IMG/VR virus record: IMGVR_UViG_3300028025_001180
DNA length: 50,826 nt
Direction: 5' to 3' (one strand)
Source: a virus
Lineage: Duplodnaviria; Heunggongvirae; Uroviricota; Caudoviricetes
The position numbers and the translations under genes are program-made. The notes under the pieces were generated by a model. That model was not told the origin of the DNA, did no database searches, and was given only the letters and a program-made list of their open reading frames with translations. Positions 27,011 through 35,427 of this stretch are shown in pieces. Position 1 is the first letter of the stretch, and each line of letters starts with the position of its first letter.

Positions 27011-27440
27011 ACTACAAAAAGTTACAGAAGATGCTCGCATGCCCATCAAGGGTAGCGAGCACGCTGCTGCATATGATGTATATGCACATAGTATTACCAG
27101 AACTGGAGATGGTAAAGTGAAGGTAGGTCTTGGATTCAAGACTGAAATCCCTAAAGGTTACAAAGGTGTAATTGTTCCACGCAGTAACTTAACCAAGTTT
27201 CGTTGGGTATTAAACAACTCATTTGGTGTAATTGATTCTGATTACAGAGGTGAGTGGATGGCCATCTTTACACTAATTGATAACTCTGATACAGACAGTG
27301 ATGAGTTTCCTTATGGTGTAGGAGATAGAGTGGCTCAAATTTACTTTGAAGAAGTATTACCTATATCTTTTGATGTGGTTCCTGAATTGGAATCATCTGA
27401 GAGAGGTGAGGGAGGCTTTGGATCAACTGGTCTGAAGTAA
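26997..27440 (+). CDS. dut: trimeric dUTPase
   Basis: AAYD, PRS, GVIDSDYRGE, GDRVAQ, RGEGGFGSTG. Confidence 0.95.
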   Translation: MLKIKLQKVTEDARMPIKGSEHAAAYDVYAHSITRTGDGKVKVGLGFKTEIPKGYKGVIVPRSNLTKFRWVLNNSFGVIDSDYRGEWMAIFTLIDNSDTDSDEFPYGVGDRVAQIYFEEVLPISFDVVPELESSERGEGGFGSTGLK

Positions 27441-27838
27441 TGGCTACGTGTAAAACCTGTGGTAAGAAATGTGATAAGGAGTATTGTTTCATGCACAAAC
27501 CTAGAAAACCATTAACTTCTAGTAGAGGATTTAAAACTCCTATTAAGAAGTATGAAGAAGAGATGCATAATATTGTTATAATGCAAACATTCTTCTTACA
27601 AATCTGGAAGAAAAGACCTCATAAATCAGAAGTTAGTGGAACTTCTCTAGGATCTGAAGCATTGTCAACATACTTTCATCATATTTTACCAAAAGAAAAA
27701 TATCCAGAAGCTTCTTTGGATCAAGAAAATATCATACTTTTGACGTGGGAAGAACATGACCAGGTAGAAATGGACCCTACTAGATATGAAGAAGTAAACA
27801 AAAGACGTGAACAATTAAAACAGAAGTACAATGTATAA
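27440..27838 (+). CDS. HNH/NinG-like nuclease with degenerate Zn site
   Basis: FHHILPK...NIILLT.EEHD; SEVSG and LTWEEH replace the CxxC pairs; N-terminal CxxC..C..C. Confidence 0.6.
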   Translation: MATCKTCGKKCDKEYCFMHKPRKPLTSSRGFKTPIKKYEEEMHNIVIMQTFFLQIWKKRPHKSEVSGTSLGSEALSTYFHHILPKEKYPEASLDQENIILLTWEEHDQVEMDPTRYEEVNKRREQLKQKYNV

Positions 27839-28277
27839 GTTACCAGTAGCTATATTTGCTGTAATAGTAGGAATTGTAACCTTGTATTCAGCTTGTACAG
27901 ATAAGCCAGGTTTTTTCTCACAGTCTAAGATAGTCTTTATAACAGGCTCTACCTTTGATATGGATATTATTGTTATAGTTACACAAGATACAGCTTATGC
28001 TGCACAATATGTACGTGACAATTTAGACTCCACTGTGACTGGTAAAGACTTTGATGCAAGAGCTGTTACATTTGGTCCTCAGGAAGGCAAACCTATTATT
28101 ATATGGTTGTCTGATGCAGAAGACAAAGGTGTAGTGGCTCATGAGTTTTTTCATGCTACATTATACAAAATGTATTGGGCAGGTATGCAACTTAATTCAG
28201 AGACAGAAGAAGCATTTGCATATGAAATACAATATTTAACAAATCAATTTTATAACCAAGTAAACAAAATACAATGA
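27831..28277 (+). CDS. membrane-anchored/secreted zincin-like metallopeptidase
   Basis: N-terminal hydrophobic segment, AHEFFH and downstream EEAFAY. Confidence 0.55.
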   Translation: MYKLPVAIFAVIVGIVTLYSACTDKPGFFSQSKIVFITGSTFDMDIIVIVTQDTAYAAQYVRDNLDSTVTGKDFDARAVTFGPQEGKPIIIWLSDAEDKGVVAHEFFHATLYKMYWAGMQLNSETEEAFAYEIQYLTNQFYNQVNKIQ

Positions 28278-28543
28278 GTTTATTCTTTTACACAAGAAAA
28301 ACAGAAGATGGTAAAATCTTCACAGACAGCTTTAACCTAAATAAGGTTATTAGATCAGTACAAATGGATGATAACAAAGTGTTAGTCTTATTAGACGATG
28401 CACACGATCGTTCAGAAGATGTACCAGATATTGATCCTAAAACAGGAAAACAAAGAGGAGTTAAAAGACAACGTAATACATATTCAACTGAAATTAGTTT
28501 AGTTGATGAAGACGTAACAAGATTTCACAATTTAAATAATTAA
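28274..28543 (+). CDS. hypothetical protein
   Basis: 89 aa, ATGA overlap. Confidence 0.8.
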   Translation: MSLFFYTRKTEDGKIFTDSFNLNKVIRSVQMDDNKVLVLLDDAHDRSEDVPDIDPKTGKQRGVKRQRNTYSTEISLVDEDVTRFHNLNN

Positions 28544-28545
28544 TC

Positions 28546-28836
28546 ATGCCAAAGTTATTAGGAAACAGAATCTACTTAGAAATGCCTAAGGAAGATGAAG
28601 AAAGTAAATTAATTGTAGACGAGAACACTAAAGAAGCATTACAAAGAGAATTGCTTAATAAGATGTCTAAGTTAAAGGTGGTACAAGTGGGCACTGTTGT
28701 TACAGAAATCAAGATAGGGGATTGGGTGTTGGTAGATCCAGCAGCTTTAAACAAAGCTACACTAGTTCCCATCTCTGATGATGGTGAAGAACGTGTAATA
28801 TTGGTATCTCCATTTGATGTAATTCAAATTTGGTAA
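28546..28836 (+). CDS. groES: GroES-like co-chaperonin
   Basis: KLLGNRIYL (cf. PL.DRV.V), VVQVG, IKIGD.VL. Confidence 0.75.
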   Translation: MPKLLGNRIYLEMPKEDEESKLIVDENTKEALQRELLNKMSKLKVVQVGTVVTEIKIGDWVLVDPAALNKATLVPISDDGEERVILVSPFDVIQIW

Positions 28837-28837
28837 T

Positions 28838-29593
28838 ATGGACTCACTTCCATTTATATCATGTAAATGCATAACTTATGGGAGGGTAGCTACGCTTGAG
28901 GAGAGTATTTATTCTTTCCTCAAGCAGGACTATCCTAAGGATAGATGCGAACTTATCATAGTAAATGACTATCCCTTACAAACTCTTATATTTGAACATC
29001 CTCAAATCAAGATAGTTAATCTATCTAAAACATTTGATACTATAGGAGAAAAGGAAAACTATGCTACAGAACTGTGTCAAGGAGACATTATATGTCAATG
29101 GGACGATGATGATGTAGCCCTACCAAACCACTTACAGAATGTAGCTAAGTATATGACAGAAGAAGTTAATATTCTTCATTGGGAGACAGGAGTGTTATGT
29201 CACATCACAGGTATTGAAAATGTTGGTTGGATAGGTAACTCTGGTATTGTATTTAGAAAAGCAGCTTGGAAAGCAATAGGAGGACATCCTCTTGAAAATG
29301 CTGGATATGATATGACTTTCATAGAAAGACTACACAGTTATGGAGGTAGACTATTTGCCAAACCACCTAAAGAAGAAGCTAGCTGGTTCTATATGTGGGG
29401 AGGAAGAGGATATCACATGAGTGGACAAGGTCATGATAAACCTGGAAAACTCAATGCTATTCAAAGACATAGTAATCACATTGAAATGGAAAGAACTATG
29501 GGAAGAATTCCTACAGGAGATGTTCATCTTATTCCTTATTGGGAAAAAGATTATAAAGACATGTTACAAAAGAAAATAGATGAAAATAAATAA
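28838..29593 (+). CDS. glycosyltransferase family 2
   Basis: TYGR..LEE.I.SFL.QDY, ELIIVND, IGEK.N, QWDDDD, IGG...NAGYD. Confidence 0.85.
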   Translation: MDSLPFISCKCITYGRVATLEESIYSFLKQDYPKDRCELIIVNDYPLQTLIFEHPQIKIVNLSKTFDTIGEKENYATELCQGDIICQWDDDDVALPNHLQNVAKYMTEEVNILHWETGVLCHITGIENVGWIGNSGIVFRKAAWKAIGGHPLENAGYDMTFIERLHSYGGRLFAKPPKEEASWFYMWGGRGYHMSGQGHDKPGKLNAIQRHSNHIEMERTMGRIPTGDVHLIPYWEKDYKDMLQKKIDENK

Positions 29594-30233
29594 ACTAATT
29601 ATTGACTCCACAGATTCTAATACAGATTTGTGTAAACTTGCTGTTAAGTATCCTACAGATAAATGTCCCTATCATAATAGCTCCACTTTACATAGACATG
29701 CTTACACGTCTGTGTATAACTTAATATTCTCACACATACGTTATAAAGAACTTGTAATTGGTGAGGTGGGAATATTAGACAATAACTCAATGTTATGTTG
29801 GAGAGAATACTTTCCTAATGCTTTATTGTTTGGCTATGAATATCACCAAAACAAATTAGACAAAGCAGTAAATGATAAGGTTGATAGAGCATCTTATATC
29901 CATGTAGATATTACTAGTGAGCATTCTTTAAACAATGCATTTTCTGAGACCAACTTCTTTGACATAATCATTGAGGATTCAACGCATGTGTTTGAAGATC
30001 AAATCAGATTTTTAAACATAGCTTACAAGTGTGTTAAACCAGGAGGAACAGTTGTTATTGAAGACATATTCATCAACGAAGATGAAAACAGATATATGGA
30101 AGCCATAGATCACATCAAAGAATACTTTTCATCAGCTACATTTGTTTTAGCTAATCATGATTTAAAGTTTTCTCCAGGTTGGGACAATGATAAACTATTA
30201 ATATTACATAGAAACGACAAACCATGTTCTTAA
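29580..30233 (+). CDS. SAM-dependent methyltransferase (sugar O-methyltransferase-like)
   Basis: HAYT.VY, GEVGI, W.EYFPNA, FDIIIEDS.H, KPGG..VIED. Confidence 0.8.
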   Translation: MKINKLIIDSTDSNTDLCKLAVKYPTDKCPYHNSSTLHRHAYTSVYNLIFSHIRYKELVIGEVGILDNNSMLCWREYFPNALLFGYEYHQNKLDKAVNDKVDRASYIHVDITSEHSLNNAFSETNFFDIIIEDSTHVFEDQIRFLNIAYKCVKPGGTVVIEDIFINEDENRYMEAIDHIKEYFSSATFVLANHDLKFSPGWDNDKLLILHRNDKPCS

Positions 30234-30757
30234 ATATTATCACTCCTTGTAGTAGACCTCATCTTTTACATAGCATTGCAGAGAGCATTAACATACCTAA
30301 AGAAAACTATAGATGGATTGTTGTATTTGATTCAGACACTATTCCTGATGGCATTCCTGAATGCGAAGCTTATTGTATAAAAAACTCAGGCAGTGTGTGT
30401 GGTAATTCTCAAAGAAATCTAGCAATTGATTTAGTAACAGAAGGTTATCTCTACTTCAATGATGATGACACTATCATGCATCCAGAACTGTGGAACAACA
30501 TCAAAGATTTAACTAATGACTTTATTCATTTTGATCAAGAAGAAAAAGATGGAAGCATTAGATTAAAACAAAGTAGTGTTAGATTAAGTTACATAGATAG
30601 TCACAACTTCATTGTACATACAACAGTGGTAGGCAATGAAAGATTTGTTATAAACAGAAGAGATGCAGATGGTGTATTTGCTGAAAACTGTTACAACAAA
30701 TCTAAAACTTCAAACTATATTCCCAAAGTGTTAAGCACTTACAACGCACTTAGATAA
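30224..30757 (+). CDS. glycosyltransferase family 2-like
   Basis: IITPCSRP..L, W.VVFD, GNSQRN, YF.DDD, ID.....ADG.F. Confidence 0.75.
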   Translation: MFLNIITPCSRPHLLHSIAESINIPKENYRWIVVFDSDTIPDGIPECEAYCIKNSGSVCGNSQRNLAIDLVTEGYLYFNDDDTIMHPELWNNIKDLTNDFIHFDQEEKDGSIRLKQSSVRLSYIDSHNFIVHTTVVGNERFVINRRDADGVFAENCYNKSKTSNYIPKVLSTYNALR

Positions 30758-30758
30758 T

Positions 30759-30784
30759 AAAAAAGCCCCTTAATTGGGGCTTTT
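30759..30784. terminator. bidirectional intrinsic terminator
   Basis: AAAAAA-GCCCC-TTAATT-GGGGC-TTTT between convergent genes. Confidence 0.9.
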
Positions 30785-30787
30785 CTT

Positions 30788-31000
30788 TTATTTTGATAGT
30801 CTCTTTTGTTTCATAGGCCAATTCTTACTTCTCAATCTAAGCTTTGTATCAGCTTCTTTCATATAATTACCATCAACTGGTTTTGGAGGAGCCACCTTAG
30901 GTGCAGGTCTTGGTTTACCTGATCCTTTAGCTTTACCTGCAGTCATTGGCTTTACTGACTTTGCTTGTTTAACGCTTACTTTAGCTGATTTCATTAGCAA
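30788..31000 (-). CDS. small basic K/P/A-rich protein
   Basis: 70 aa, last gene of the minus-strand operon. Confidence 0.7.
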   Translation of the reverse strand: MLMKSAKVSVKQAKSVKPMTAGKAKGSGKPRPAPKVAPPKPVDGNYMKEADTKLRLRSKNWPMKQKRLSK

Positions 31001-31392
31001 CCATTTTTACACTTACCACCACCTTTCATCATTTTACCATAACTTGCTTTCTTAGGAGCTTTACCAGCTTTCTTCATAGCAATTGCAATAGCAGCTTGTT
31101 TAGCTAATGATTTACCAGACTTAGCCATTTTCTTAGCACCTGCAATTCTATCTGCTTGTGTAGGATTAGGGTTTTTGTCAATACCAGCTTTCACTGATAA
31201 CATACCAAATGCTCCACCCTTTTCAGCCTTAGGAGCTTTCTTCTTAGCCATAGCAGCTTTACCAAATACACCAGACTTATCTAGTTCTTTAGCTTGCTTA
31301 TCTCCAATCTTATCAATTGCAGACTTTTTATATACTTTACCAGTCATTTCACCTGGAACCATTTTACCAGTTTGAGCTTTCTTCATTTTCAT
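30994..31392 (-). CDS. basic K/A/G/M-rich protein
   Basis: 132 aa; KAEKGG, KMMKGG and NP..T.ADRIAGA motifs. Confidence 0.8.
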   Translation of the reverse strand: MKMKKAQTGKMVPGEMTGKVYKKSAIDKIGDKQAKELDKSGVFGKAAMAKKKAPKAEKGGAFGMLSVKAGIDKNPNPTQADRIAGAKKMAKSGKSLAKQAAIAIAMKKAGKAPKKASYGKMMKGGGKCKNGC

Positions 31393-31411
31393 TTTATAAA
31401 GATTTTAATTT

Positions 31412-31831
31412 TTAACATTTCCATTTACGTAAAGACTTATTGATTCTACTATTAGGATCATTAGCAGTCTTAGAACTTGTAAGTTTCTTTTTCATACCAC
31501 TCATCCTAGCACAGAATGATTTCTTTCTAGGACCCCCTTCAGGTTGTGGAGCTTTAAGACCTGGCTTACCTGGGTTAGCTCTGTTATAAGAGGCTCTACC
31601 TTTTGCATTGAGACCACCTGAAGGATTCTTGCCTTCTTTACGTTGCCAAGCTGGTGAGCTTCCACCATTCTTTAATGATGTACCATCTTTTTTAATTAGA
31701 TGACCATTAGGAACAGGAGTAATAGAACCCTTAATAGGACTTAGAGTGTCCCCATTTTTAAGGACTCTCTTACCTACATAAGCTTCAGCTTTCTGTGGGT
31801 TGTAAACTTTTGTCTTAGGTATTCTAGCCAT
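31412..31831 (-). CDS. basic protein, DUF6321-like C-terminal domain
   Basis: AWQRKEGKNPSGGLNAKGRASY...LKAP...RKKSFCARM.G...RINKSLRKWKC. Confidence 0.75.
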   Translation of the reverse strand: MARIPKTKVYNPQKAEAYVGKRVLKNGDTLSPIKGSITPVPNGHLIKKDGTSLKNGGSSPAWQRKEGKNPSGGLNAKGRASYNRANPGKPGLKAPQPEGGPRKKSFCARMSGMKKKLTSSKTANDPNSRINKSLRKWKC

Positions 31832-31832
31832 G

Positions 31833-32003
31833 TTATTTAGCTTTACGCTTTGCAGCTATCTTCTTGAATGTCTTAGCTAATGCTTTAGCTTTACCAGTAC
31901 AACCAGGTTTAGTGATAGGAGTGCATTTACCTTCTGTACCTCTAGCCTTAATAGACTTAGATACTTTCTGCATCCACTTGCCGTCTTTTTTAGCTGTTGC
32001 CAT
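31833..32003 (-). CDS. small basic protein
   Basis: start MATAKKDGKW at 32003; GTEGKCTPITKPGCTG motif. Confidence 0.75.
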   Translation of the reverse strand: MATAKKDGKWMQKVSKSIKARGTEGKCTPITKPGCTGKAKALAKTFKKIAAKRKAK

Positions 32004-32004
32004 G

Positions 32005-32349
32005 TTATTTCTTTTTAGACTTAAGTTTAGGAGCCATTTCACCACTACGTTTTTCTATGATTTCAGATTCACGCTTTAATGCTGCTTTTCTGAAACTTGC
32101 TGGATTCACTTCTTTTGTAGCTGCTTGCTTCTTATTAAGACCAAATTGCATTTCAGAACGTCCATTCTTTGCCATCTTAGTAGCACCAAGTTCTTTATCT
32201 TTAGTTAACTTAGCTTTGCCTTTAGCACCTGCTAAGGTAGCTTCTTGAACTTTAGTCCAAGCACCCTGAGGGTCAATAGGGCCTACACGCTTATCAGAAG
32301 CTTTCATTCCTGAAAGACTACCCATTCTGTCTTTTTTTACAGTTGCCAT
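32005..32349 (-). CDS. basic hypothetical protein
   Basis: 114 aa, coupled to neighbours. Confidence 0.75.
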   Translation of the reverse strand: MATVKKDRMGSLSGMKASDKRVGPIDPQGAWTKVQEATLAGAKGKAKLTKDKELGATKMAKNGRSEMQFGLNKKQAATKEVNPASFRKAALKRESEIIEKRSGEMAPKLKSKKK

Positions 32350-32498
32350 TATTTTTTAGTTTTAGCTTTTATTTTCTTCTCTTGTTTTAACATAGCAGCT
32401 GTAGGTTTCTTTCCAGATCCTTTAGCAGCTCTAATATTGTCCCAAAGACCACGCTGTGAAACAGAGCCATCTTTACGTTTAATCATTTCCTTTGCCAT
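32349..32498 (-). CDS. small basic protein (not in ORF track)
   Basis: 49 aa MAKEMIKRKDGSVSQRGLWDNIRAAKGSGKKPTAAMLKQEKKIKAKTKK, TAATG coupling on both sides. Confidence 0.8.
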   Translation of the reverse strand: MAKEMIKRKDGSVSQRGLWDNIRAAKGSGKKPTAAMLKQEKKIKAKTKK

Positions 32499-32764
32499 TA
32501 TAAACTAGATTTATTTTCAGGAACCTCTACTACTATACCAGCTTCAACTGCAGCAGCTAATGTATCTTCAAGAACATCTCCTGCTTGTTTAGCCAATAGA
32601 ATAGTTTGTGCTTCCTTTGTATTAATAACTGCACGCATTGCGTTTAATAACATTCCAAAATTACCACCATCTAATACAAACTTAGCATTCATATCCCATG
32701 TATACTTTTTGTTTGGATCAAACTTAGGAACTTGTTGTTCTTGTAAATCAATAATCTCTGCCAT
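32498..32764 (-). CDS. hypothetical protein
   Basis: 88 aa, first gene after the promoter at 32789-32819. Confidence 0.8.
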   Translation of the reverse strand: MAEIIDLQEQQVPKFDPNKKYTWDMNAKFVLDGGNFGMLLNAMRAVINTKEAQTILLAKQAGDVLEDTLAAAVEAGIVVEVPENKSSL

Positions 32765-32788
32765 ATAATTATATTTTTGGTTTAGTCA

Positions 32789-32819
32789 CAAAGATATGCA
32801 TTTATTGCGTATCTTCCAA
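32789..32819 (-). promoter_or_regulatory. Bacteroidota promoter of basic-peptide operon
   Basis: minus strand TTG-N20-TATCTTTG. Confidence 0.75.
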
Positions 32820-33095
32820 ATTTATTTCAAATGTTATAGTTGCTGAACTTTTAATGCTTTTAGACAGATTCAGTCTAATCTTGAACATGTTGTGAAACTT
32901 TAAGATTTCTTCTAGCAACATCTCATTGTACATAGGCAATGAAGGTGCCAATCTAAAGTGATACGAATTAGGATTCTTAGTAATCTCTAACGTAGATAGT
33001 TCATCAACTGAGGATATAATTCCCTCAAGGTGTGCAAAATAAACTATTTCATTATCTTGCATCACCTGAGGAAAAAATTTCTTGTTAATTTGCAT
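32802..33095 (-). CDS. hypothetical protein
   Basis: 97 aa, coupled to the upstream gene. Confidence 0.8.
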   Translation of the reverse strand: MQINKKFFPQVMQDNEIVYFAHLEGIISSVDELSTLEITKNPNSYHFRLAPSLPMYNEMLLEEILKFHNMFKIRLNLSKSIKSSATITFEINLEDTQ

Positions 33096-33499
33096 TAAGA
33101 CAAGGTTAATAAGTATTTAGTTTTTGCTGCTTCTCCTGATAGGGCATCAGCTAAATTAGCTATATCATGATAGCTGTTTGATTCAGCATATCTCTTTAAG
33201 TTACTAGAGAAGTCCATAAGTGCTGTGACAACTGAATTAGAGTCTGCCCCACTTAATGCTTCTATTTTATATACACCAGGACGCTTACCTGTATAACCCA
33301 TAAGCTTTTCTATTACACCATCTTTAAAATCATGTACATAATCATACAATCCTCCTAGAGCTTGGTGCTCAGCATAACTTTTTGTTTGCCAATGTAATAA
33401 ATGTAATTGCTCATGAAAATATGTAAGCTTCCCAGCTATTGTTTCCAAGTTTAATTCTCCTGATTTCATCATCTCATCAGGGAATAGTGATTTTGCCAT
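33095..33499 (-). CDS. ferritin/Dps-like protein (DUF5856-like)
   Basis: LHLLHWQT.SYAEH.AL..LYD....FKD..IE pattern of Dps ferroxidase helices; KTKYLLTL end. Confidence 0.75.
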   Translation of the reverse strand: MAKSLFPDEMMKSGELNLETIAGKLTYFHEQLHLLHWQTKSYAEHQALGGLYDYVHDFKDGVIEKLMGYTGKRPGVYKIEALSGADSNSVVTALMDFSSNLKRYAESNSYHDIANLADALSGEAAKTKYLLTLS

Positions 33500-33514
33500 T
33501 ATTATTGGTTTTTA

Positions 33515-33940
33515 TTAGTCTTGAAAGATGTTAAATGATAACACTCCATCAGGACATAGATTGTTTTTCACTGATAAAGGAACACTTAATTGTACAGTGG
33601 TTGCATTTACAGCTGAATATGTTCCAAACGCTCTAGTTTCTTCATTACTATTAAGAAGATCAATTAGTTCAGTCATATTTGCTGCACCTGCTTGTGTAAA
33701 GACTGTAGATGCATCTTCTCCATCGCATTCTATTGAAATAGAAACAAACGTTAAAGGAAATGCTGCTGGAATAGTATCTGTTATCAATGTAGGAGCAGGA
33801 TTACAACACTCATTTGCATCTATCTCTTGCCAGTTACCTACTTGTGGTTTGAATCTTTGTAAGATCAAACTGCCTGAAATGACACGTCCTGTACCATCGT
33901 AACGTACATATGCTTTTAATCTATTATTGCTATTTGCCAT
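33515..33940 (-). CDS. B-family protein: LKAYVRYDG...ECCN domain plus C-terminal beta-rich domain
   Basis: N-terminal ~48 aa paralogous to 33953..34204. Confidence 0.85.
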   Translation of the reverse strand: MANSNNRLKAYVRYDGTGRVISGSLILQRFKPQVGNWQEIDANECCNPAPTLITDTIPAAFPLTFVSISIECDGEDASTVFTQAGAANMTELIDLLNSNEETRAFGTYSAVNATTVQLSVPLSVKNNLCPDGVLSFNIFQD

Positions 33941-33952
33941 GTTTATTTAAGT

Positions 33953-34204
33953 TTAAGTAGGTTGAGTAGTAGTTGTAGTAGTAGTAGGAGTAGCAGTCGT
34001 AGTAGTAGTTGTTGTACTTGTACTTGTGCTTGTACTACTTGTAGTAGTTGTAGTAGTTGGATTGCAGCATTCATAAGCTGGAATCTCTACCCACTTACCC
34101 ACTTTTGGTTTCTTTCTTCTTAAGATTAGGCTGCTTGGAACGATTCTTCCAGTACCATCAAAGCGTACATAAGCTTTGAGAGGGCGATTGTCAATTGAGG
34201 CCAT
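33953..34204 (-). CDS. B'-family protein: LKAYVRFDG...ECCN domain plus mucin-like Thr tail
   Basis: last 34 aa contain 25 Thr and 5 Ser. Confidence 0.85.
   Translation of the reverse strand: MASIDNRPLKAYVRFDGTGRIVPSSLILRRKKPKVGKWVEIPAYECCNPTTTTTTSSTSTSTSTTTTTTTATPTTTTTTTQPT
33956..34057. repeat. imperfect ACN trinucleotide array (Thr tail)
   Basis: plus-strand (GTA/GTT)n runs. Confidence 0.8.
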
Positions 34205-34206
34205 AA

Positions 34207-35223
34207 TTAATAATTTATATTATATTTTGTTTTTAATTCCATTAATTGTGTAAGGTAGTAATGATTAGCATGCTTTTTAGATGTTTCATCATTTAAAACC
34301 TTATCTAAATGTGTATCTAGAAAAGGATCTTTACCAGTGTGGTATGCTCCCTTGTAGAAAGCAGGATATCCCATACTAGTCTGTCCTGTAATTCCTGCGT
34401 TATGTAATATAGTTGTTCTCTCTAGTTTCTCTATAGGATCTGAAGACCAACAGAATTCCATTTCAGGAATATTCTTTGTCTCTTGTTCTCTAAGCCAAAC
34501 GTTCCATAACACAGCCCACATATCTGCACACCAGCTTTGAAACCCTTTATTCTCATCTTTAAAGAACTCCTTGTTTATGTTCTGAAGGTAGACACGTATT
34601 AATATACAGTCATTCATCACCTTCTTCCAGAAGTTAGCATCTATGTTCTTTAAGAAATATTGAGCTCCTCCTGAATGATCATTGTTAGCTTCAGCTATCT
34701 CTCTTGTTATACCCACTAAGCTTGTAAGCTCAGCTAAGACATCTCTAGTTTGGTACTCTTCCACCTTATCGAATAAGACATCTCTTAATTTACTATCAAA
34801 ATATGAAGCATTGATGTAGCTGTTTGTGTCAGATAGATAGTTTATATCATCATCTTTAAACTTGTCAACATCAAATTTATCTGTAAAGATTACGTCACAG
34901 TCACAGTAAAACACTGCTTTGGTAACCATATCAGGATTGTCCTGGAAATATCTCATTAAGCAATAAGGACGTAGAATAGGAATATAAACTCCTAAATACT
35001 GACTTACGTCTCCTGAATCCTTGTAGAAAGCAAACTTTGCTTCAGGATACAGTTCCATGATCTTCTCCCACTTTCCATTGTATTCTCTAAAACTAGGTGT
35101 ATACACTAAAACAATTGCCTTGTCTGAGTGTCCAAGCTTCTTCAAGCTTTCCAACCATAGATGTACCTGCCATGTGTAGTAGACATCATCTGGCTGTGCA
35201 CAGATAAATTTAAGATCCTTCAT
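34207..35223 (-). CDS. GT-A fold glycosyltransferase-like protein
   Basis: true start MKDLKF at 35223; FYCDCDVIF (DxD), GGAQY.LK, WCADMWAVLWN, HNAG. Confidence 0.75.
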   Translation of the reverse strand: MKDLKFICAQPDDVYYTWQVHLWLESLKKLGHSDKAIVLVYTPSFREYNGKWEKIMELYPEAKFAFYKDSGDVSQYLGVYIPILRPYCLMRYFQDNPDMVTKAVFYCDCDVIFTDKFDVDKFKDDDINYLSDTNSYINASYFDSKLRDVLFDKVEEYQTRDVLAELTSLVGITREIAEANNDHSGGAQYFLKNIDANFWKKVMNDCILIRVYLQNINKEFFKDENKGFQSWCADMWAVLWNVWLREQETKNIPEMEFCWSSDPIEKLERTTILHNAGITGQTSMGYPAFYKGAYHTGKDPFLDTHLDKVLNDETSKKHANHYYLTQLMELKTKYNINY

Positions 35224-35249
35224 ATATGTAGTTTGTTGGTTTCTCTTTA

Positions 35250-35423
35250 TTAAGGAGCAGGTGTAGTGGTCGTAGTAGTTGTTGGTGCCACTGTAGTTGT
35301 GGTTGTTGTTGTAGACGCTGGAGGATGAGCTGTAACTTGTGTCAAATATTCCAATTGCTTGGATATCTGCCAAAGTAAATTATCTGTTGTACTCCAACCT
35401 ATTTGTCTTGATGGTATTGCCAT
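35250..35423 (-). CDS. A'-family mini-protein: MAIPSRQIGW domain plus Thr tail (not in ORF track)
   Basis: 57 aa MAIPSRQIGWSTTDNLLWQISKQLEYLTQVTAHPPASTTTTTTTVAPTTTTTTTPAP; N-terminus nearly identical to 35428..36156. Confidence 0.85.
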   Translation of the reverse strand: MAIPSRQIGWSTTDNLLWQISKQLEYLTQVTAHPPASTTTTTTTVAPTTTTTTTPAP

Positions 35424-35427
35424 GATA

